Positions 1 through 8,000 of a stretch of 64,000 nt of DNA are shown piece after piece. This DNA comes from a virus. Lineage: Duplodnaviria; Caudoviricetes. The stretch spans positions 1,159-65,158 of the IMG/VR virus record IMGVR_UViG_2623620540_000004. The stretch is one strand, 5' to 3'. The notes beneath the pieces are model-generated. The model was not told the origin of the DNA. It worked only from the letters and a program-made list of their open reading frames with translations, and did not search any database. The position numbers and the translations under genes were made by a program. Position 1 is the stretch's first letter. Every line of letters starts with the position of its first letter.

Positions 1-160
1 AAGAACGTGGCGGCACAATGCCTTTGCATTCAAGCTGCGAAGACATTACTTCGATTAGAAGATCAAGCGTCTCATCCAGCTTTCCCCAGGTAACAATAAT
101 GTCAACTATGATTGGTTCGTAATTCTCATCCTTAAGCGCAACGTAAGCCCTTCTTACCAT
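1..160 (-). CDS. Partial AT-rich hypothetical protein running off the window edge
   Basis: ATG at 160 after GAAGGGGA; frame open to position 1 (MVRRAYVALKDENYEPIIVDIIVTWGKL...). Confidence 0.35.
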   Translation of the reverse strand, partial: MVRRAYVALKDENYEPIIVDIIVTWGKLDETLDLLIEVMSSQLECKGIVPPRS

Positions 161-257
161 GCCGTCCCCTTCGCTCCAATGAACTGTGTAGAAACACCCA
201 TCTCGTCATCTCATATATATAACAAGATAATCATCTCAACACTAGCATAAATCTTGA

Positions 258-509
258 TCATGCACAGCCAGCCAGTGCCGCCTCGAGTTCCTCCTCGTAT
301 TTCCGCCCACGCGGCCAGTCTCGCGCCAGCGCCAATACCTTCTCTCCGGCCTGCGCGTCGAGCGGCAATTTATCGAACTCATACACCGGCGCCACCGGAT
401 TATCCTTCACGCAGGGAGTGGACACCGGCACGTAGATGGTCTGCGTCGCCGGCGGCGTGGTGCCGCAGCCGGCCAGCAGCAACGCGACAATGAGGATCAT
501 AGTTTTCAT
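258..509 (-). CDS. Outer-membrane spanin (Rz1-like lipoprotein)
   Basis: Lipobox LAGC, Pro-rich body, directly after i-spanin with ATGA overlap. Confidence 0.85.
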   Translation of the reverse strand: MKTMILIVALLLAGCGTTPPATQTIYVPVSTPCVKDNPVAPVYEFDKLPLDAQAGEKVLALARDWPRGRKYEEELEAALAGCA

Positions 510-892
510 TTAACGTCCTTCAACAGCTGATTTACGTACGGCATAGCCTCGTCGCAGGTGGTGGCGCGCGCGCCAGCCAGCTTGGCCTGGGCGGCATCGT
601 AGCGACGCCCTTTGGCGGCAGCCAGCGCCTGGGCGGCCCGCCCACGTTCGTCGGCGGCCACGGTCAGCCGGTGCATGGATTGGACGGCCTCGTTCTGCAC
701 GCCGATCGAAGCGCGCAGCGCGGCGCTGGCGCCCTGCTCCACCACCAGGCTGGCCAGCGCCCGGTCGCGCGCGGCCGCCGCCAGCCACCAGCCCGTGCCG
801 GCGCCGGTGATCACCACCAGCAGCAGGATGGTCAGCGCCACCGCTGCAATTTTCCAGATGACGGCGCCGCCGGCCAGGTGCAGCGCGCTCAC
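506..892 (-). CDS. Inner-membrane spanin (Rz-like)
   Basis: GTG start overlapping endolysin stop; N-terminal TM (IWKIAAVALTILLLVV) then Ala-rich coiled coil with C-terminal Cys. Confidence 0.8.
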   Translation of the reverse strand: MSALHLAGGAVIWKIAAVALTILLLVVITGAGTGWWLAAAARDRALASLVVEQGASAALRASIGVQNEAVQSMHRLTVAADERGRAAQALAAAKGRRYDAAQAKLAGARATTCDEAMPYVNQLLKDVK

Positions 893-1404
893 GCCAGCAC
901 CCGCGCGGCCACCTCGAACAGCGCCAGGCGATCGGCCAGGCCGTTGGTGCCGCCGTTGATGCGTCGCGTCACGCGCACTTGGTCGCCGGCGTCGGCGAGC
1001 TCGTTGAGTCCGCGTGTTTTCCAGAACCAGCCCGCCGACCGGCATGCGTTGACCGGTTGCTCGAGCAGTTCGGGATGAGCGATCAGGTCCAGGCCCAGGG
1101 CGGAGCCGCATGCCTTATAGTTCGCCCGGCCGGTGACCTGGATCAGGCCGCGCCCTTTGAATCGGATGCCGTCGCCGGCCACCGCGTTGCCGAGATCCTT
1201 TCGGCCCTCGTAAGCGACGCCGCTGGCCAGCTCGCGGACATACTGTAACTGGCCGCTCTCGTGGCCGACCTGCGCAAGGAACGATGCCTGGCGCGCCGGC
1301 GTGGTGATGCCAAACTCGGCCATGGCGGTATTGAGCGGCGCGAGGAAAGCCGCCGCCCGCGAGCGCGCGTAGGGCATGATTTTAATGAGTTGATCGAGCG
1401 TCAT
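889..1404 (-). CDS. Endolysin, glycoside hydrolase family 19
   Basis: FLAQVGHESG and GRGLIQVTGRANY motifs, TRRINGG; position in lysis cassette. Confidence 0.92.
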   Translation of the reverse strand: MTLDQLIKIMPYARSRAAAFLAPLNTAMAEFGITTPARQASFLAQVGHESGQLQYVRELASGVAYEGRKDLGNAVAGDGIRFKGRGLIQVTGRANYKACGSALGLDLIAHPELLEQPVNACRSAGWFWKTRGLNELADAGDQVRVTRRINGGTNGLADRLALFEVAARVLA

Positions 1405-1643
1405 GCTTCATTCTCCCGGCGGCTACCCGCCACGTACAGCGCAATCCCTACCGCGAACAGGCACTCGAACACGTCGCGCGCAGCGATGCAGGACGCGAAG
1501 CCGGCGCCGCTGCCAGCCAGAAGCGACACGTGCGCAAAACGGATATTGTTCGGTGTCGCCTTGGTCATTTTGTTCAGGGAGATCGTGCTGATGTAGAACA
1601 CGTAGAGGCAAGCAATCGCCTGGATGATGGGGGTCAGGGACAT
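1401..1643 (-). CDS. Small membrane protein (antiholin/holin candidate)
   Basis: 80 aa with about three hydrophobic segments, between holin and endolysin; stop overlaps endolysin ATG. Confidence 0.6.
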   Translation of the reverse strand: MSLTPIIQAIACLYVFYISTISLNKMTKATPNNIRFAHVSLLAGSGAGFASCIAARDVFECLFAVGIALYVAGSRRENEA

Positions 1644-1648
1644 GGCAG

Positions 1649-1978
1649 TTACTCCTTCGGGTCGGACAACCATGGCAGCTTGATGTCGCGCAGCCGGTCG
1701 ATGAGGGTGAAGAAAACCGGCACGGCGCGCATCGCGGCCAGGCCGGCGAAGAATGCCACCGCCCGCTCGAGGCTCGCTGGCAGATCCAGGTAGTGCAGTG
1801 CCATGGGCGTAGCCATGACGGCGACGGCGGTACCGGTGAGTACCGCGGTAACTGCCTGGGGTCGCGTCAGTTCCTTGGCGTAGCTGAGCGATACTGCAGC
1901 GCCGAGGAATGAGAAGATCAGCACGCCGTATTTGATGCCGGCGATACTGTCTTCTGGGGTGGGCGGTTGGAGGGGCAT
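1649..1978 (-). CDS. Putative holin
   Basis: 109 aa (MPLQPPTPEDSIAGIKYGVLIFSFLGAAVSL...), multiple TM segments, charged C-terminus, first gene of lysis cassette. Confidence 0.7.
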   Translation of the reverse strand: MPLQPPTPEDSIAGIKYGVLIFSFLGAAVSLSYAKELTRPQAVTAVLTGTAVAVMATPMALHYLDLPASLERAVAFFAGLAAMRAVPVFFTLIDRLRDIKLPWLSDPKE

Positions 1979-1998
1979 GTTTGCCTTTCTGTGGGCGT

Positions 1999-2023
1999 AA
2001 AAAAAAACCCGCCGAAGCGGGTT
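1999..2023 (-). terminator. Rho-independent terminator between tail spike and lysis genes
   Basis: AACCCGC-TTCG-GCGGGTT followed by a long T run on the minus strand. Confidence 0.8.
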
Positions 2024-2043
2024 GTGTGGTGGTGCGGGTGGCA

Positions 2044-4161
2044 TCAATCCTGTTCGATATACGTGATGTCGAAATCGATCGAGGCGCCGGCGGTGATGGA
2101 GGTGACGTCCGACTCGACGCCTGTGACCGGATCGATCGAGCGCAGCACGGCAAGGTTGCCGCCGTTGCCAACCGTCTGCAAGGTCCATTGCTTGCCAGTG
2201 CTCCCAGCAAATCCCTTGCAGCTGCTCACCACGCCGTTGCCGCGCATAGTGGTATTCGAGAATGTCGGCATGCCGATGCACAACGGGCCAGCAGCGGTAG
2301 CCGCAGTGGGGTTGATGCCGCTCAGGTTGCCCATCACCCGAACCAGCGGACCGCTGCGCGACCACCGCACGTTCGACAGCGCTGCGGTGCCGGCAATTTC
2401 ACCGGTGCCGTACCAGCTTAATGGCAGGTCGGATCGGTTCAGGCAGTGGGCCTGGGTGCCGCCAGCGAGGTCGAACGCTGGCGACGCCAGGAATTCAAGC
2501 ACGATGTCCAGGTAGAGCAGATTGCCCGGCGTGTTCGGATGCAGGTCATCGGCCAGCACCCCGCCCTCACGTACCCATGCATACGCATCCATCGAAATGA
2601 TCGGGACGCCGTACTGCTCGCAGACGCGTTTCTGCATCTCTGCTATGGCGGGGTAGTTCGTGCGTACCACGCCCCACGATGCGCCTGGCTGGATGCCGCC
2701 GATCGCGACCACATACGCACCCGAATTGATGTACCGCGCGAACATTTTTCCCAACTGCTGCCCGTACACCTCCGGCGTAGTGCCAGCGCTTGGGACGTCG
2801 GTGTTGGCGTTGTTGATGGCCAAGGCGACGAAAATCAGTGGTTTAGCGCTCGGGTTGAGCGCCCGACTATGCTTAATCACCGAAGCAATGCGCGCATCCT
2901 GCGAATGCAACTGGGTTGAACTCGCGCTGAGAGCGCAACGGCTGCCAAAAATGCCCGGCTGACCAGTATTCGCCAGGCGCCAGATGCCCGTCAATTCAAC
3001 AGGCGCGCCGGTCACCGTCAGCGTGTAGATGTCGGTTGGCGCGGCGCCGCTGCCGGTGACCGATGGGAATGAGCACCAGTCACTTTCCGCTGCGGCATCC
3101 ATGTTGAGGGTACGAAATGGCGTGCCGTTTCGGCGCATGGTCAGCGTGCCAGCACCAGGCGAGCGCTGAGCCATCACATCGACATAGGCGAATTTGCCGC
3201 CGAATGAGACAGACGCGCCGGGCTGGAGGATCAGCGATTTGCCGATCGGACCATTGGGACCAACCGCGTAAGTGCCGGAATAGGTCAGCCCGTAGCGGTT
3301 GGGATCGCCCAGGTTGGTCACCTCCGGCTCACTGCCGCCTTCCGGGCTCGAATACGCGTTGATCATGCGCAGCAGCATGTTGAACCACGAGTGCTTGATG
3401 TCCCAGGCGATATAGCCTTCACCAATACTGTCAGCGACCAGCACCATGGTTCCTGCTCCGAACGCGAGACGAATCAATTTCGCCATGACCGACGAAACCA
3501 ACTCCAGGCGGCGCGGCGAGGCCGGGAGGCGCACCCGCTGTCCGCCGACTTCGACCTCACCGTCACCCCACAAACCGGCGAGTTGACCAGTTTGATTCAA
3601 CTGAAACACGCCATCTGGAACGTACGGGGTGTCGGAAGCTTTCCGCGCACTGATGATAGCGAGACTGGAGTCGGTCACACCGGTGGGATCGACGTTCGGG
3701 TAGTCGGTCACGTGGACCGCCTCACGGAGCCGATCTTTGACCTTGCGCACCCGCGCACCATTGGCATCGACTCCAGCCTGCTGAAAGCCAATCGTGCCGG
3801 CAGCTTCCGGCTCGGCAAGTTGCGCGGAAGTCACGCCCTGTACCAGACGAAATTTATCGGTTTCGAATACGCCCGACGTGGTGAAAGGAAGCGCTGTCAC
3901 GTTGGCCGCATAGGTGTTGACGCCGTACTGCACGGTCTGGGTGGCCACAGTCAGGCTGATGCCCGCTGCATACGGTACCGGCGGCAGGTAGCCCAAAGAA
4001 AGGATGCTGCCCCCCAGGTTGAATGCGGCGCTTACCTCGTTTATTTTGCTGATCACCACCGGCAACTCCTGCATGGTGGTGTCGGCCTGGGCGATATAGT
4101 CCTCAGGTGCAGCCCCGCGCCCCGGGAATGGCGACAGCGGCGGAATGAGAATAGCGGTCAT
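2044..4161 (-). CDS. Tail spike/fibre with SGNH(GDSL)-hydrolase domain
   Basis: Last tail gene; neck motif KVKDRLREAVHVTDY; SGNH-like blocks VLVADSIGEG, ALAINN, DDLHPN. Confidence 0.8.
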   Translation of the reverse strand: MTAILIPPLSPFPGRGAAPEDYIAQADTTMQELPVVISKINEVSAAFNLGGSILSLGYLPPVPYAAGISLTVATQTVQYGVNTYAANVTALPFTTSGVFETDKFRLVQGVTSAQLAEPEAAGTIGFQQAGVDANGARVRKVKDRLREAVHVTDYPNVDPTGVTDSSLAIISARKASDTPYVPDGVFQLNQTGQLAGLWGDGEVEVGGQRVRLPASPRRLELVSSVMAKLIRLAFGAGTMVLVADSIGEGYIAWDIKHSWFNMLLRMINAYSSPEGGSEPEVTNLGDPNRYGLTYSGTYAVGPNGPIGKSLILQPGASVSFGGKFAYVDVMAQRSPGAGTLTMRRNGTPFRTLNMDAAAESDWCSFPSVTGSGAAPTDIYTLTVTGAPVELTGIWRLANTGQPGIFGSRCALSASSTQLHSQDARIASVIKHSRALNPSAKPLIFVALAINNANTDVPSAGTTPEVYGQQLGKMFARYINSGAYVVAIGGIQPGASWGVVRTNYPAIAEMQKRVCEQYGVPIISMDAYAWVREGGVLADDLHPNTPGNLLYLDIVLEFLASPAFDLAGGTQAHCLNRSDLPLSWYGTGEIAGTAALSNVRWSRSGPLVRVMGNLSGINPTAATAAGPLCIGMPTFSNTTMRGNGVVSSCKGFAGSTGKQWTLQTVGNGGNLAVLRSIDPVTGVESDVTSITAGASIDFDITYIEQD

Positions 4162-5057
4162 GTAAGCCCTTCAAGTTCAAGTGAGCAGATCGAGATCGTC
4201 GGGTAGGCGATGTCGATGGAGAAATCTTTGTAGTAACCGTAGAGAATCAGGGCCCCGTAAGAATCAGCGCCGATATAGACAATGGGCGTCGCGCGATACT
4301 GTGACAGCAGCCGCTTCACCAAATCCACCTCGGTGCTCTTGATCCAGATCGACCAGGTGGCCGTGTTGCTGAACGGCCCTTCGACCACATCAAAATTCCC
4401 CCACTGATCACGAGTTTTTTTGGTGTAGTTGGCAATGCCGCTCTTCGCGCCGTACTGCAAATCGCCCATCAGCCGCATTTGGCCGATAACAATGCCGCCA
4501 CACCGCACGACGTTGCCGGGGCTCGACAGCGTGACATCGATGGTCATGTTCGAATACGACGGCAGGTCGGTCAGCGCCATTTCCGACACCCGCGTGACGG
4601 GCTCCCGGAAATAGCTGTAGATGTCGCTTATGCCGCTCGTCATGGCCGGGTTGATGGTCTTGTCATACACCACGCCGAACTCGACGTCAGTTGCGACAAT
4701 GCGGATGATGGCGCAGTCGATGTTGAGCAGCGCGATGCCGTTGGCGATGCCGGTCGCCTTGATGGAAACGCTGATCGAATCCTCGTTCTCGGCCTGCGTG
4801 GTGATCGAGGCATCGAACATGCGCCATCGGTTGGTGGCGCCGACTTTTACCCAATGCTCCGGGCTGGCCGCCGGCGTATGGCCGACGTTGCTCGCCTGCA
4901 GCGACTCGTACACCAGGTGCACGCCGACCCCGACCACAATCACCCGCGCAGCCAGCGGGTAGCTGGTGGCGGGGTTGTATGGTGGGTAGTCGTTCTCGGG
5001 AATGTTGCTGCTGACCAGCGCTGCGTCCGTGATTGCCATCGGACGGATAATTTTCAT
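4158..5057 (-). CDS. Minor tail / tail-tip protein with carbohydrate-binding-module-like insert
   Basis: Follows tape measure; YNPATSY...VYESLQASNVGHTPAASPEHW resembles CBM5/12-type motif. Confidence 0.65.
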   Translation of the reverse strand: MKIIRPMAITDAALVSSNIPENDYPPYNPATSYPLAARVIVVGVGVHLVYESLQASNVGHTPAASPEHWVKVGATNRWRMFDASITTQAENEDSISVSIKATGIANGIALLNIDCAIIRIVATDVEFGVVYDKTINPAMTSGISDIYSYFREPVTRVSEMALTDLPSYSNMTIDVTLSSPGNVVRCGGIVIGQMRLMGDLQYGAKSGIANYTKKTRDQWGNFDVVEGPFSNTATWSIWIKSTEVDLVKRLLSQYRATPIVYIGADSYGALILYGYYKDFSIDIAYPTISICSLELEGLT

Positions 5058-8000
5058 GCAGTCACCACCTCTCTCGTTGGAATTGGCTCGTCAGCACGCA
5101 CGAGCAATCCGTTGGCGTCCCATCGATCAGCCAGGCGCGCCAGCTTGCCGACGCTTTGCGCAACGGCCACGTCGCCAGCCTGAGATTGCGCTTTGAACTC
5201 CGAGAGCTCGGCACGCAGCGCCCGGTTTTCCTCGGTCAGACGATCGATTGCAGCGGCCACGTCGCCGGTACCGCCACCGCTCGATCGCGCCGAATATTCC
5301 CGGGCCTCGAACGCCGTCAGCACTCGCTCACCTGAATGCAACTCGGCGGTGTACCCGTCGAACGGCACGCGCGACAGACCGCCGGCGTGGGAACCGTCGA
5401 TCTGCTTCACGCCCAGAACGCCCAGTGACGCGATCGCCTGGGCGACCGTGGCCGCGCCAGCATTCACGCTGTCGTTGAGGGTGATCAGCCCTTTGACCTG
5501 CTTGTCGAGCGACGCCTGCTGCTTCTCGGCATCCGTCAGCTGACCGCCAACGGATGCGGCGAGAATGGCCATGTCGGCCTGCACGCGCGCGTAGTCCCGG
5601 ACGTAATCGAGGCGCGACGCGGCGCCGGCCTGGCTGGCGGTGAGGAACGCGGTTGCGGCAGCGCTGAGGCCCGACTGCGCCGTCGCATCGCCACCGCGTG
5701 CCGCGCCCAGCGTGGTGCTGTACTGGTCACGCGCCGCCGCTGCTTTCTCCGCCAGCGTCAGCGTCGAAAGGTTGCCCAGCACCAGGCCATCGCGGAAAGA
5801 TTTGATCGCCGAGGCGAACGTCTTCAGTTTGTCGATGCTGGTTTTCAGGGCCTCCGATTGCGTCTCGTACGCGGCCGCCAGCGCCTTGCGTGCGGTGAGC
5901 TCGTCGTACAGTTTCAGGTTACTGACATCGATCTCCTTTCGCGCCTTCGCAGCCAGCTGAGCCTGCGTCATCGTCAGTTCGTCGAGCTGGTTCTGCAGGT
6001 CGGTCCGCTGATCTGCAATTTCCTGCTCGGATTTACTGAGGTCCACCGTAGCCGCGTGCGTTTTCGCGAACGCGTCGGCCAGGGCCAGCAGCGCGGTGTA
6101 TTGCGCGGCGCCGGCATCCGTCGCGAGCTTGCCGCCGTTGGCCAGGCCCAAGACGTAATCCTTAAACTTGTCGCGGGTGTCCAGGGATTGCAGGCCCATG
6201 GCCGCCAACTGGTCGGTGACGTACTTTTGCACCGGTGCCAGTTGCTCAGCCTTGCTGAGGAAGTTCTCGGCAAACGAATTGCTCTTGCTGGCCAGTTCGT
6301 CGATGCCGCCCGCCAACTCGATCAGGTGCTCACGAGCCTTGACGCTGGCAACGCCGGTGGCGCCGAACGTGGTGCTGGTTCCTGCCAGGATGGCGTCCAA
6401 CTTGGCGTAATCACCTGCCAGGCGCATCACCGTCTCGGCGTAGCCCTCGCCTACTTTGCGAAAGGCGTCGAACGCAGGGAATGCTGCCTGGGCAATCTCG
6501 TCCATGGATTTTGAGATCACGGAATTGATCGCCGCCGTCAGCTCTTCGCCTTTCAGATCCTTCAGTGAAACTTTCGTGCTTTCCAGTGTCAGGCTGTCGA
6601 GGACCTTGGTGACATCGGCAGCTGAGCCGCCAAGCGCCACGGACGCGGCCTGAAGGGATTTGTCCAGGTTGGTGAAGATGAGGCCGAATTGCGCCGACAG
6701 CTCGTCGCTCAAGCCCTGGGTTTGAACCGAATTTGACGTGCTCTTTTTGAGGCCGAAGTAACTCTTCTTGGTGGTATCGATGCTCGCGTATTGATCAAAG
6801 CCATCCCCGGCCTGCAAGCCGCGCACGCTGCCGCCATATTGCAGACCAGAATCAACGATGTTCTGCGTGGTCTTACCCCAGATGCTCTTGAGACCGCCCA
6901 CGATCGCGCCACCGATGGCCCCGATAACCATGCCCACCGGGCCGGCGACGTACCCGCCGACCATGGAGCCAGCCTGCGCGCCGGCCGCAATCGAAGCGCC
7001 TGTCGATTTACCGACGACTCCGGTCTGGATGCCCAGGTTCGAGCCATCGGTCAGGCCAGGCGTGCGAACCACCAGGTTGGTCAAACCGGCCATGGAGGAT
7101 TCGATGTTCCGCAGGGCCGACAGCATGCCCTGGTTGATCGGCAACATGTTGTCGGAATTAGCGGTCAGTTGCTCGATCGAACGGCGGATGCTGTCCGACT
7201 TCGCGCTGCTGTCACCAAATACTGAACCTGTGCCCTGCAATTTCTGCACATCGACAGCCTTCTGGCCGCCCCCGCCGCCACCACCGCTGATTGCGACGCC
7301 CAACCCAGCGACAAGTGCCGCCATGGCGGCCATGCGGGCAAACGCGGTGTACGGATCACCCTCGCCTTGCGTGAGTACCGCATTGACGCCCTTGATCAGG
7401 CTGAGTGCAATCTCGGCGCTTTGCAGTGCGACCGTGGCGGCATGCATCGCTTGGTAGCCGCGCGAGCCCTCGCTGAAGAAGCCCTGTGCAGCCGACGTCA
7501 TCCCCGCGTACGACTGAATTTGCGCCTGGGTGCCTTCCAACTGGGCGCGGTTAATGGCCTCGATTTTCTCCGGGTTGTCATCGGATTGCGCCTTCGCATC
7601 CTTCAGCTTCTTCTGCGCGCGCAACTGCCCCTCCATGCCCTTGGCGTAGGCCTGGAACATCTCGCCTATGGCCTTGCCACCCTCGCCAAATGCCGAGGTC
7701 AGGCTCTCCGAGATGCTTTGCCCGGCGCGCTGCCAATCCTTGATTGCCTGGTCGGCGGCCTTGTCCTTGAATTGAATCGCCTGTTGCTGATCCAGGCCGG
7801 CGGCGATGCGCGCGCGAGCAGCACGCACGTCTTCCAAATACTTCAGGGTGGCCGGCGCTTGCGCGATCTCCTCTGCAGTCGCGCCAGCGGCAACCTGGCC
7901 CGCCATAAATTCCTTCTGGTAGGCGATGGCCAGATCGAGACGAGCTACGGTTTCGCGCTCAACCGCACCCTTCGAAGTTTCGCGGGCCGCATTGGAATCC

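Noticed and set aside
2044-5057. Possible diversity-generating retroelement or invertible tail-fibre cassette
   Set aside because: No reverse transcriptase, invertase, template/variable repeat pair or flanking inverted repeats seen
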